A DNA stretch of 64,000 bases from Eledone cirrhosa (lineage: Eukaryota). The translations under genes were made by a program, and so were the position numbers. The stretch spans positions 40,610,001 to 40,674,000 of the forward strand of contig OZ024742.1 in NCBI GenBank assembly GCA_964016885.1, given 5' to 3'. Positions within the stretch are counted from its first letter, which is position 1; each line of letters opens with the position of its first letter. Below the pieces are notes generated by a model. It did not search any database and was not told the origin of the DNA. It worked only from the letters and a program-made list of their open reading frames with translations. This document shows positions 28,391 through 41,045 of the stretch, one piece after another.

Positions 28391-29411
28391 TATTTCTTTT
28401 ATTTGCCACTAGGGCATCAAAAGTGGGACAAGTACAAAGGGGGGAGTTTACACAAAAAGGCGTCCTCAATAAGGAGAAGGCAATAACAAAATATAAAAAT
28501 AAAATAAGATATAACAAAAAATAAAATTTTTAACAAAATCCTCAATAGAGAGGAGGCGCCTTGGGGGGTCGCACACACCCCCGAAAAAAGTGTGCAACCC
28601 TTCTCCTCAGGAGCACAGAGAAGGGGTGCTCCCTTGGTCTTTTATCTTCCTCACCTATAGTCTGATGTAGAGTGAAGGCCCATTCACACGGGCCATTCTC
28701 GCCACTTTCACCCATCTTTCATAGAAACGGCTGGGGTGCAGCACCTCTCTCTCCATCCTGATCCTTCTTCCGAAATGATATCGGAAGAAACGGACCAGTT
28801 GTTGGCCAGAGAGAAAGGTGCCTGACCTCAGTCCTTTCAGACGCGTCCACCATACAACCTCTTTCGCCATGGCTATTACGCACAGAAACACCGCCTCTGC
28901 TTCATCTTTGAAGGGGGGAGGCGGCTTGATCATTACAATCGACTCGGTGGTCAACCGGATCGGTCCCACCCTTGACAGCAGTTGTTCGACATAGCCCCAC
29001 AGATCGGCTACGCCCGAGCAGTGTACCAATGCGTGTGCAACGGTTTCCTCGTCGCACACGCATCTGGGACAGATCTTTTTGGCGGGGTCCCTTCCCGGGC
29101 GCCCGTGTCTGTAGAGCCTTTCTCGAACGGGTAAAGCCCCTCGGTAGCACTGCCAGGCCAGGGACTTCTGGAAGTTGTCCATAGGTCCCGGGCTGAATGT
29201 CCTACCGAACAGGCTGGCCAGTTCGTCCTCCTCCATGTCTAGGGCTTCTCCGAGGGCGTCGTCGCACCTGCTGCGTACCAGCCCTCTATAGAATGTTGCG
29301 GTGGAGTCTCCACTGATAACCGGATCCGCCTGCCAGAGGGCGGTGAGCGCCTGGGCACACTCAGTGTGCCAGGCGCCCAGTTTTCTCGGTCTTTGCTTGA
29401 CCCAGGATTGC

Positions 29412-29412
<1 letters not shown>
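28390..29412 (-). mobile_element. Tx1 copy B, 5'-truncated (~1.0 kb)
   Basis: ORF2 C-terminus to stop at 28655, 3' UTR, (TCTA)n tail 28297-28389. Confidence 0.93.
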
Positions 29413-29448
<36 letters not shown>

Positions 29449-30557
29449 TGTTTCTTTTATTTGCCACCAGGGCATCAAAAGTGGGACAAGTACAATGGGG
29501 GGAGTTTACAAAACAAGGCGTCCTCAATAAGGAGGAGGCAATAACAATATATAAAAACAAAATAAAATATAACAAAAAATAAAATTTATAATAAAGTCCT
29601 CAATAGAGAGGAGGCGCCTTGGGGGGTCGCACACATCCCCGAAAAAAGTGTGCAACCCTTCTCCTCAGGAGCACAGAGAAGGGGTGCTCCCTTGGTCTTT
29701 CATCTTCCTCACCTATAGTCTGATGTAGAGTGAAGGCCCATTCACACGGGCCATTCACGCCACTTTCACCCATCTTTCATAGAAACGGCTGGGGTGCAGC
29801 ACCTCTCTCTCCATCCTGATCCTTCTTCCGAAATGATATCGGAAGAAACGGACCAGTTGTTGGCCAGAGAGAAAGGTGTCTGACCTCAGTCTTTTCAGAC
29901 GCGTCCACCATACAACCTCTTTCGCTATGGCTATTACGCACAGAAACACCGCCTCTCCTTCGTTTTTGAAGAGGGGAGGCGGCTTGATCGTTACAATAGA
30001 CTCGGTGGTCAACCGGATCGGTCCCACCCTTGACAGCAGTTGTTCGACATAGCCCCACAGATCGGCAATTCCCGAGCAGTGTACCAATGCGTGTGCAACG
30101 GTTTCCTCGTCGCACACGCATCTGGGACAGATCTTTTTCGATGGGTCCCTACCCGGGCGCCCGTGTCTGTAGAGCCTTTCTCGAACGGGCAGAGCCCTTC
30201 TGTAGCATTGCCAGGCCAGGGACCTCTGGAAGTTATCCATGGGTCCCGGGCTGAATGTCCTACCGAACAGGTTGGCCAGTTCGTCTTCCTCCATGCCTAG
30301 GGCTTCTCCGAGGGCGTCGTCGCACCTGCTAACCACCAGCCCTCTATAGAATGACGAGGTGGATTCTCCACTGACAGCCGGGTCCGCCTGCCAGAGAGCC
30401 GTGAGCGCCTGGGCACACTCGGTGTGCCAGGCGCCCAGTTTTCTCGGTCTTTGCTTGACCCAGGATTGCAGCTCAGTGATTGAGACGAGTCTGGGAAAGG
30501 CTCGCCTCACAAACGGGGCCCACACCGTTGACCGGAGATGAATACCTGAAGGTGCCG
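29449..30557 (-). mobile_element. Tx1 copy C, 5'-truncated (~1.1 kb)
   Basis: Same subfamily as B and E. (TCTA)n tail 29412-29448. Premature stop at 29755. Confidence 0.93.
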
Positions 30558-30943
30558 AAATGGTTCGATAGAATGCGTAGAACCAGCAGAAGACCCCAAG
30601 CAAGATGGCTGTATAACGCCCACAAGCTTAGCTGGAGATCTGGCCAAATCAATTGGAGACAGTTGTTTCTGCCAGGAATAAGTGAGCGAAGATAATCAAA
30701 TCTCTGCAATATGTAAACTAACAAAACTAAAATCACTTAGGAATCTTTTTCAGACACACTGTACTAAGAACCAACACAGATTTTAGCATCAAAGATGGTT
30801 TTGACCTTCATCAAAAGACAAACATCACTAGCCATATAATTTTGAGTTTAACACTAAGCCAGGCCAAGCCATTAAATAATATGTTGATTCCTGCTGGTTG
30901 CATCCCAAATTAATACAAATATGTTTATTTTTTTTTTACTTAC

Positions 30944-31003
30944 AGTGATTTCAACCTTATATACAGGTTCCAAAAGAGTAGGTTCAGCAGTCAGCACACA
31001 GGC

Positions 31004-31006
<3 letters not shown>
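30944..31006 (-). pseudogene. EEF2: Orphan exon fragment of elongation factor 2 (eEF2-like), followed by a GTAAGT donor and intron-like sequence
   Basis: Translates YACVLTAEPTLLEPVYKVEIT, compared with eEF2 [21 protein letters not shown] (recalled, not searched). Donor ACT|GTAAGT at 30943. Confidence 0.75.
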
Positions 31007-31039
<33 letters not shown>

Positions 31040-34000
31040 ATTTCTATTTATTTGCCACGAGGGCACAAAAGAAGGGGACAAATACACAGTGGGGGAGTTT
31101 ACATAAATCGAGTAAAGAAAAAAGGAATAACAATAATAATATAATAATAAAAAGTCCTCAAAAGGGAGGGGGCGTGTTCGGGATTGCACATACCCCCGAA
31201 AAGTGTGCAACCCTTTTCGCGGGGAAGCCCAGAGAGGAGGCGCTCCCTCTTTCCTCTTCACTTCTTCACCTACAGAACAATGTAGAGAGAAGGCCCATTT
31301 ACACGAGCCATTCTCGCTTCTTTCACCCACCTTTCATAAAACTGTCTGGAGCCAAGCACTTCTCTCTCCATCCTGATCCTTCTTCCGAAGTGGTATCGGA
31401 AGAAGTAAACCAGGTGATGGCCGGAGAGAAAGTCACCCGACCTCAGACCTTTCAGGCGCGTCCACCACACAACCTCTTTCATCATGGCTATTACGCACAG
31501 AAAGACCGCCTCTGCTTCGTTTCTGAAGGGAGGCGGCGGCTTGATGTTCACCACAGACTCAGCGGTTAATCGAATCGGCGCCACACGCGACAGCAGTCGT
31601 TCGACGTAGCCCCACAGATCGGCAACGCCCGGGCAGTGTACCAGTGCATGCGCAACGGTTTCCTCGTCGCGCACGCATCTGGGACAGATCTTTTTCGCTG
31701 GATCCCTGCCCGGGCGCCCGTGTCTGTAGAGCTTTTCTCGAACGGGCAGAGCCCCCCGGTAACACTGCCAGGCTAGGGACCTCTGGAAGTTGTCCATGGG
31801 TCCCGGGCCGAAAGTTCTACAGAACAGGCTGGCCAGTTCGTCCTCCTCCATGCCTAGCGACTCTCCAAGGGTGTCGTCTCCCCTGCTAGCCACCAGCCCT
31901 CTATAGAATGTCGAGGTGGATTCTCCACTGACAGTCGGGTCCGCTTGCCAGATAGCCGTGAGCGCCTGGGCACACTCGGTGTGCCAGTTGCCCAGTTTTC
32001 ACGGTCTTTGCTTCACCCAGGATTGCAGCTCGGTGAGCGAGACGAGCTGTGGGAAGGCTCGCCTCACAAACGGGGCCCACACCGGCTGACCGGTGAGGAA
32101 TACCTGTAGATGCCGTAGCCTCAATGCGTGCCTACGCATCAACAGCCACGGCATACCCAGCCCTCCTTTCGAAGGGTGCTAGCAGCAGATGGATCTCCTC
32201 ACCATGGGAGGCCGCTTCTTCCAGAGGAACTGGAAGAGCATGCGTTCCATGATGGTGATCTTTTCCTTGGGGCAAGGCACGACGGTCAGGCGGTAGCAGA
32301 TGACGGACGCTATGTAAGCGTTCGTCACCTCCGCCCGACCTTTCAGTGATAGTTTGCACTTGGCCCACTTCTGGGTCAGCGCAAACACCCTGCTCGTCAC
32401 CTCGCCCCAATTCTTCTCCACCTGGAGGTCCGGTCCGAACCAGACCCCGAGCAGCTTCACCGGGCCCTCCGTCCACCTCCCGACGACACCGTCTAACGGC
32501 ATCGGTTTGCCCCTCCACGTTCCGAGTTGCAAACCGACTGACTTGTCCCGGTTCAGCCTAGCCCCCGTCAGCCTTTCGTATTCTTCCAGTAGGGTGGCGA
32601 TCGCCCCGATTTCCGAGGCGTCCGCCACCATTACTGTTACGTCGTCGGCATAGGCCGAGACCGCTTTGTGCAATCCCGGTTCCAGGGGTATGCCCCGCAG
32701 CAACTCCAACTTCCGCAGCAGTGGCTCGAGAGTCAATACGTACAGAAGGGAGGAGAGGGGGCACCCCTGTCTGATGGACCGGGTGACTTGAAACGGCTCC
32801 GAGAGGTAGCCGTTTACTTTAATCCTAGAGTAGATGTTGCCACTGTGCATGGCAGAAATCCAGCCCCTGAAAACGGGTCCGAAGCCCGCCGCCGCTAGCA
32901 CCGCATCCAGGTAACCATGGTCGACCCTATCGAACGCCTTAGATTGATCCAAGTTGATCAGGGCCCCACCAAAGCCGGGTTCGTTGCCAACCCTCTCTAT
33001 GATGTATCGCATGAGGTGGAGGTTGTCGTGAATGGACCTGGACGGGATGACGCATGTCTGCGCGTCTCCCACCAAACCACCCACCACAAGCGCCAACCTC
33101 TTCGCCAACACCTTGGCCAAAATCTGTAACTCTGCATTCAGCAGAGTTATGGGCCTAAAGTTACTTAAGTCGTCCCCCTTGCTCTCGTCCTTCCTCACTA
33201 GCGTGACCACGCCCTTAGTCACAGAACAGGGAATTCTCCCGTTCTGTTGCCAGTTGCAATAGACAGCCTCGAGGAGTTCGGAGAACAAGACCGGCATAGC
33301 TAAATAAAGTTCGTATGGTAGACCATCGAGACCCGGAGATTTGCGTCTGCTGCATTGGCTGAGCGCTTCCCCGATTTCAGTGGCTGTGATTGGCCTTTCG
33401 CAGCACTCCGCTTCGCCGCTCGAAAGACGCGGTAGACCGTCGAGGTATGGACCGAAGTCCACATATCCATCCGGCCCCCCGCCCCCTCCGAACAGTCGAG
33501 CAAAGTGCCTTTGAAAGGCCTCACACATCCGCTCAGGTTCAAGGATCACCCGTCCATCCTGGTCTCGCAAAGACCGAATGGTGGATTTAATCCCACTCTT
33601 GGCTTCTGTCACGCGGGCCCAGCTAACAGCGTTGGTCCCCTCGTTTCCTAAAGCACGTATTTTACTTCGGACAACGCAGCCTTCGTGCTTCGCGTCAAAG
33701 AACTGGCTCAACGCCGTTCTCGCCGCTAACACTCTGGCTACGTCTCCGCTCCTAATCGCCTCTTCTAGTTTATCTGTTAACTCCCTTTCCTTCCTATTTC
33801 TATTCGCCGCTAGTTCCTTACTGTAACCTATCGAACTTACTCTAATCTCTCTCTTTAGAGATACCCACCACCTACTGTTGACGATCGCTCCCGTCAACCG
33901 CATCTTAACTAAGCTACTAATCCGGTTCCTGTAATCTTTCTTTGCCGGCAAGGACAAGTTCATCTTCCAGTAACCGGGACCCTGTCTATGCGTTCTATCA

Positions 34001-36777
34001 AGGTTGACCACGCAGGTCACTAATTTGTGATCTGAATAGCCAACCATGATCAATTCTGGACAACTAAATACGTCCCTATCCTTACTCCTAACCAAAAACC
34101 TATCTAGGTACGATCTAGATTGTCCACTGCGGTTTGCCCAGGTCCAGGTTGGCGCAGTTGGACAATCTAGTCGAAATCTATCGACCAGGTCGAATCGATC
34201 GAGTAACCCCTTGAGGCTGCTACACCCCCCTCCATCGGGACATGCCCCTGCATAGTCCCAACGCGCATCTAGGATTCCATTCCAGTCCCCCACTAAAAGC
34301 AGGGAACGCGGCGTTCCTAGAAAAGTCTCCAGTCGCTGGAAGAAGTCGGCTCTTTCAGCCCCGAAGGGGGCATAAAGACCGACCAGTCTGAAAGCCCCGC
34401 CTTCACCGCCTCCGACGTCCAGCACCAGTAATCGACCCCTCGGGTCCGAGTGAACAATCTGTACGTCGAGAGCCAGACGTTTATCCAGCAGTACGGCAAC
34501 TCCCCCCCCCCCCCCCCCCGCCTCCGGGTTGACAGAGAGATGCGTGCATCTCAAAGTCATCGAAGGCGGGAGCCAGCTGTCGCACGCTGCTGATCCGACT
34601 CTCGCAAACAACCATGACATCTATACTTCGTGACCTGAGGTCACTTAGTAGCTTTGCTTGCTTCCAAGCTGAGCCCAGGCCACGCGCGTTCAAACAGCCA
34701 ACTCTCAATTGATCTATTTTGGTGTTGAAAGTGAAGAAAGAAAAGCACCTACCTCTCCGGGCTGTGTAATTTCCATGGCGTCAGGTGTGTTGGGTGGAGG
34801 GATGTTTTGTGGTGGTGTGGGGGTTCCCGAGTGTGGTGGGGTTGGGGTGTTTGGAGTTGTGTCAGGGAGAGGGGAGGTTATGGGGAAATCTTTCAAGAGG
34901 ACGCGATTTAACGGTTTTAAACAGGGGGGGGCTCACGTCCTGTCTAAATTGTTCTTTTAAGGAACGATAAAGGTCCAGAGGGACCTTTATCATTTTTAAA
35001 TGGGTGAAGTTCTCTGTTGAGATAAAGTTTGGCCCTTCGGTCTGCACCAAAGGGCTATTGTTTATTAATTTAAACAGTTTTTTGTTTTCTTTATTTATAT
35101 ATGTGTATTGCAATGTCTTTTTTTGTGATGCTGTCAATGTTTCGGAGAGGGGAGGCGCAGATTTATTTTTGTTTGTTGAGGGTGGGGTGTTTTTTATTGG
35201 AGTTGGTGTTTGTGTGTGGGTTATTTGTGGTGTGCTGGGTGTGTGCTTCCTTTTTTTTCTTTTAACTTGTCTGAAGGCTTCTCCTCCTTCTTCTTCAGAA
35301 GTTGGGGGAAACTCTTCAGCGCTAGGTGGGAGGGACGTCGTGTCTGGTTGTTTTTTTTTTGCGGGAGGGGTAGATTTGTTGCTGTTTTTTTTATTATTTG
35401 TTTGGAATGCGTTTTGTGGTGGTGGTGGTGGTGCTGTTTGTGTCGTGCTTGTGGTTGGTAATGGTGGTGGTGGTGTTTGTGTTGGTGATGGTGGTGGTGG
35501 TGTTTGTGTTGGTGATGGTGGTGGTGATTTTTGTGTCGTGCTTGTGCTTGGTGCTGGTGGTGGTGATGTTTGTGTTGTGCTTGGTGGTGTTTGTATTTTG
35601 TTTGCTGTGTGTGGTATTAGTGTATTTTTGGAGGTGGGTTGTGTTGGTGTACTGTTTGTGATGGGTGTGGGCAATAGTCCTTTTTGGGGGATACGTTTCG
35701 GGCAGTTAGCCTTAATGTGTACCCTTTCCGTGCATAAATAGCATGCTGGTCTTCTCCCCTCTACAATTATATCTATTGGGGTGAGCTCATCCAGCCAGAT
35801 GCGATCCGGGATTTGTGCTATTCTTTCGGGCCTCATTTGGACTAGTAGGTCGAGGCCCATTCCCAGGAACGCATCTCCGGATGCCTTCCCCATTGACAGC
35901 ACTGTGTCCTCGCCCATGTCTATGAAGCCAGCAATAGCCCACCAGAAGTCCATTGTGGGCAGCATTGTTTGTATTTTTACTCTCTGTGTTCTTCTACCCA
36001 TGTAGGAGGGATAGAAGCTGTATGTTGTCGATGAGAGTGGGCTTAGGGAAAGCTTCTCCGCCGTTTCCTTGTCTTTTGTTAGGACCGAAATGCTGCCATA
36101 GAGTCGGTCCTTTCGTATGAAGAGAATATTCTTCATATAGTCTTTTAGGACCAACTCTATCTCCATTTGGCTGGGCTGTGCTGGCTTTCTTGTTTGGTTT
36201 AGGATTGTTCTGAAGAGAACTGTGTTCTCTGTTCTCGCTTTCTTGAATTCTGGGGGGGGGGGGGTAATGGAAAACATTCCGTTCTCCCCCAAAACAATGT
36301 GTTTCTTTGCTTCGGCCAGTTTTTCTCTGGCGGCCGTTAGGTCAATTGGTGTGTATGTAATGGATTGTTTTGTTTTCTGGGCGAAAGTTGCCCTGTTGTT
36401 ATTTGTATTATTTTCTGTTTGTTTGTTTTCCGTTTGCTCATTTTCCTTAACATTTGTTTTTTCATTTTCTTTGTTTGTTTCGTTGTCTAATTTTGTTGTA
36501 ATTATTTTTTGTTCTTCAGACTTGGGGGGCGTGGCAGAGCTAATGGCAGACATGTCTGCCATCTTTTCCGCCATGCTGCCAAGAACGAAATTTTTCGGCA
36601 AAAATAGATATTTATTTTGCCCCCTGAAAAGGGGGTAAATGCAAAAATGTTTCCCTAAATAACAGGGGTTAGTGTTCCAAATGTGTTGCACTGAAAAATT
36701 TATCCGGTACTTACAATAGTAAGGGTAAATCCCGATGGAATAGCGGAGCCGATGTGAAGCGTGTCTTACTCTATCAA
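31040..36777 (-). mobile_element. Tx1 copy D, full-length, few lesions
   Basis: ORF1 ~36573-34714 (CYLCTERVHIKANC). ORF2 34717-31270 (APE, RT AYADD, C-terminal CCHC) with frameshifts at the 34502-34519 homopolymer and near 32180. (TCTA)n tail 31005-31038. Confidence 0.95.
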
Positions 36778-36796
36778 GATAGATAGATAGATAGAT

Positions 36797-37773
36797 ATGT
36801 TTCTTTTATTTGCCACCAGGGCATCAAAAGTGGGACAAGTACAATGGGGGGAGTTTACAAAACAAGGCGTCCTCAATAAGGAGGAGGCAATAACAATATA
36901 TAAAAATAAAATAAAATAAAACAAAAAATAAAATTTATAACAAAGTCCTCAATAGAGAGGAGGCGCCTTGGGGGGTCGCACACATCCCCGAAAAAAAGTG
37001 TGCAACCCTTCTCCTCAGGAGCACAGAGAAGGGGTGCTCCCTTGGTCTTTCATCTTCCTCACCTATAGTCTGATGTAGAGTGAAGGCCCATTCACACGGG
37101 CCATTCTCGCCACTTTCACCCATCTTTCATAGAAACGGCTGGGGTGCAGCACCTCTCTCTCCATCCTGATCCTTCTTCCGAAATGATATCGGAAGAAACA
37201 AACCAGTTGTTGGCCAGAGAGAAAGGTGTCTGACCTCAGTCCTTTCAGACGCGTCCACCATACAACCTCTTTCGCCATGGCTATTACGCACAGAAACACC
37301 GCCTCTCCTTCGTTTTTGAAGATGGGAGGCGGCTTGATCGTTACAATAGACTCGGTGGTCAACCGGATCGGTCCCACCCTTGACAGCAGTTGTTCGACAT
37401 AGCCCCACAGATCGGCAATGCCCGAGCAGTGTACCAATGCGTGTGCAACGGTTTCCTCGTCGCACACGCATCTGGGACAGATCTTTTTCGATGGGTCCCT
37501 ACTCGGGCGCCCGTGTCTGTAGAGCCTTTCTCGAACGGGCAGAACCCTTCTGTAGCATTGCCAGGCCAGGGACCTCTGGAAGTTATCCATGGGTCCCGGG
37601 CTGAATGTCCTACCGGACAGGTTGGCCAGTTCGTCTTCCTCCATGCCTAGGGCTTCTCCGAGGGCGTCGTCGCACCTGCTAACCACCAGCCCTCTATAGA
37701 ATGACGAGGTGGATTCTCCACTGACAGCCGGGTCCGCCTGCCAGAGAGCCGTGAACGCCTGGGCACACTCGGT
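36797..37773 (-). mobile_element. Tx1 copy E, 5'-truncated (~1.0 kb)
   Basis: Nearly identical to copy C. (TCTA)n tail 36778-36796 abuts the 5' end of D. Confidence 0.93.
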
Positions 37774-40193
37774 AGATATAATCACCAGGGAGAATATATA
37801 GAATATATTCACTTATCATTTTATTCTTGCTTTAAACATGATTTTTCTTCATTCTTATTCAGCATTCTTGACAATTTCTTCAGCATTTGCACAAAAAAAG
37901 TATTTTTCCCTTATAACTGTGAAGTGTTTATTCCTATAATATATGTGCGTGTGCGAGTTTATTCATATATATATATGTGTGTGTGTGTGCGTGTGTATGT
38001 ACATGTATGAGTGCGTATGTAGGTAGATGTGTTTAAGCAGAAATGAAAAATAAAATAATCCACTTCGAAATCAAGTACCATATTCCTTACTAGATGAAAA
38101 GCCTGAGAATTCTGGTGTTATGTAACTTAGAAAGAGCAAGGAAGAAGAAATAGGAAAATACATGTTGCAAAGATAGGTAAATTATTACAGACTCCTTAGA
38201 CCAAATGATTTGGTGAAAAATGGTAAGAGCGATGTGTAGAGAAAAACCGGACTTAAACGAGTCTAAATAACTAACGAAATAGGTTGAGATATTCTAGAGT
38301 AATGATGAAGTCGTTAGTTAGTCTACCCCGTCCCCCTGCTAATATTTGCTCAGACTTTCAAATCATTCGGCTAATAAACAAATCTTTACGTATCCTGTCA
38401 CCTATTGCACTTAAGGCCTTTCTAGGAGTGGGTTTAATTAGATGAGGTACATTGAAGAAACAACCAGAACCATGAAATTAGAAATAGAAGACGTCTACTG
38501 GGAATATCTTACGTGGCACCAGCATTAGCATGGTTGCCATGTACTCAGCCAGACTGAAATGTCCTCGCAAGCCATACATTGTCTCTGTTCAATTTCCAAA
38601 CGCTTCAGTCTCTCGTTTCTCTGCACGTTTACTATATGCTTTGGAAAAATAGGATTTAAACAGCTGAAAAGTCTGACCATAGATCAACTGGAAAGAAATA
38701 TGCTGATTTAATCCTCCGTTTAGTGCAACATTTGCCACAACTATTGTAGAATTGTCTTTAATTTACTTAAGAAAGTTTCACACCACAACATAAATATTAA
38801 TAAATATTTAAAAGAAATACTATTAGAATCATTTAATCTCTTCTCAACTTCTCGCTTTTTTCAACTGCCCTAACCTAAGTCACCCTAACATCAAACTCTC
38901 TATCCATGATTTTTAATTGCCTTCGACTTCAATTGCCGTTTTTTTTTTCAATAGGTTTCTATTGCTTAGAGAAATTACATCACACACAAACTACGCTTTA
39001 ATTATTATACATTCCAAAACTTACTCAAATGAAGCGATTCTTCGCCCTCCAACTACATCTTGAATATGAAGATCTGAAATAAAGAATATCATTAAAGATG
39101 TAGATAGTGTTCATACTCTGGAAGTTCTCGTAATATTACAGATGAGTACAACCAGGCACTCACCCATAACCACTGCAAAGACACAACAGTATTTAACTCC
39201 ATGCCGGGGGGAATGGCTTAACTCGTGATTGATTCGGCATTTAAGCCAGCCCTCTCCGGGTTTAAACACAGCTATTTTTTTTCAAAAGAAAGGGAGGGTG
39301 ACAATGAAAGAAAAGAAATGAGTAAGAGATTCGATTGAGAACTCAGAGCATTCAATCCGATGTTTTAACACCTCTGACAAATTTGCTACCTTAGTACTTA
39401 GCTTGCCTCCCACGAACATAAAATATCCACAAGAGAGAAATATATAACCAGGTTCAAACCACTGTGTTATAAGGTGCAAGGCAAAACAATTATTCTCCTT
39501 ATTTAACAAACACTTCCACAAATACAACAATGGCTACAGTATAAAAGCTAGTTATTCTACAACCTGTTCTATCAGATAAATTCTGTTGTTGCATAAGAAC
39601 AGAATTCTTTAAAACAATAATAACCAAAGGGAAAATAATTGTCACTATCTAAATACTGTACTGGACCCGTTGAAAGTTACGTACAGAAGGGCACCCTATT
39701 TAAGATAGGTTATTGAAGCACAACCACAGCGCCTAACCCCGATTTTATTAAACGTAACTCTCTACACATCTGTCTTTCAGTAAATACTATGATCATATAG
39801 TTCAATTCATTATAAAACGTCGCCAGAGGAAAGCATAGAAAGAACTAGATACAAAGATTGCTGTAAATATATAGAAGTCGGTGTTTGGAACCCCAAAACT
39901 TACGAACTATGTATCTCTTGTTCTAAGTGCAACGTTAATTACAAAAAGAAATCGCTCAACAATGTATAAAAGTTAAAGAAAATGTCAACTTAAATTAGAA
40001 AAAATGTTAACTTACTTTTTACAATTGAAATTGAAAATACATTCTCTGGAGATAATTGACTTACATGGCTATGTCATGAGTTTTATTAACGTTCTCGTGT
40101 GTTATAAGTTTTATTTTGCGAGTTGAAGCGTATTACGAAAATTTAATAGATGTTAGCCACAGTATATTTCGAGCACACAAACGCTCTCGTATA

Positions 40194-40280
40194 CAGGATG
40201 CCCCAAAACGTATACACCATTCTAATAAATATTGCCTCTACAGGTAATCAAAACGTGTATCATTTTTGGAGGACACCCTG
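40194..40280. mobile_element. 87 bp Tc1/mariner-type MITE
   Basis: TA-caggatgccccaaaa ... ttttggaggacaccctg-TA imperfect TIRs with TA flanks. Confidence 0.7.
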
Positions 40281-40288
40281 TATATATA

Positions 40289-40560
40289 TATTTAATATAG
40301 AAAACCTTCTACAGGACTAGAACTGTTTCATTCGTGAGAAATCATCAGGAAGCTTCCTGGTGATTTCTCCTGAGTGAAACAGTTCTAGTCCTGTAGAAGG
40401 TTTTCTATATTAAATATTTATACTCTGCTTTGTATTGAGTACCCTACTTACTGTGGTTACCCCCGATTGAACCCGGGATAGGGCATATAATCCCCCTTGA
40501 CGGAAAAAATGGACATTAGCCCTGCTAATATCCATTTTTTTCCGTTATTTAAACTATTTT
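40289..40560 (+). mobile_element. Fold-back PLE stub with hammerhead on both arms (family shared with 6475-6603)
   Basis: Palindrome centred at 40352/40353. CTG(A/G)TGA..GAAACAG..CTGTA-GAAGG in each arm. Tail matches 6545-6600. Confidence 0.7.
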
Positions 40561-40580
40561 TCAAAAAAATTTGAAGAGGC

Positions 40581-40625
<45 letters not shown>

Positions 40626-40787
40626 ATACATATATGTATATATAGTTAGTTTATCAAGGCTCATCCAGTAGCCAGTTACTATAGAGTTTCCACGGCATGC
40701 TAACGGTTTCTAAAAGAGAGAATCCATTATTAATGGATGGATATAATATATATATATATATATATATGTGGGGGGGGGGCGTGTGTG

Positions 40788-40834
<47 letters not shown>

Positions 40835-41045
40835 AGTAAGAATATTTTCGAAACAGCGAGCGAGTTTGAAATTAGAAATATAAGCTATCGCCGTATGTTT
40901 GACTAAAGAAATTATTTAGCCTGATAGTGGGGTTAAGAACCTTCAGAGAAATGGAAAAAGATGAGTATTGACGTACATGTACGTGAATACTCAAAAATAC
41001 GGCGATAGCTTATATTTCTAATTTATATATATATATATATATTTC

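Noticed and set aside
28655-29575. ORFs with hydrophobic N-termini fused to Tx1 C-terminus (also 28182-28517 and 37063-37812)
   Set aside because: Chance read-through from the upstream 3' UTR, (TCTA)n tail or flank into truncated ORF2.
34502-34519. Programmed frameshift at the poly-G run in Tx1-D ORF2
   Set aside because: The homologous site in F is in frame without a long run. Homopolymer slippage or sequencing error is more likely.
35004-35741. Antisense ORFs over Tx1 ORF1 regions (also 59263-59853 and 26371-26745)
   Set aside because: Shadow frames of Pro/Thr-rich, A/C-biased coding sequence.
37800-40190. 2.4 kb of non-repetitive AT-rich DNA as possible gene or decayed transposase
   Set aside because: No ORF or motif I could recognise on either strand.
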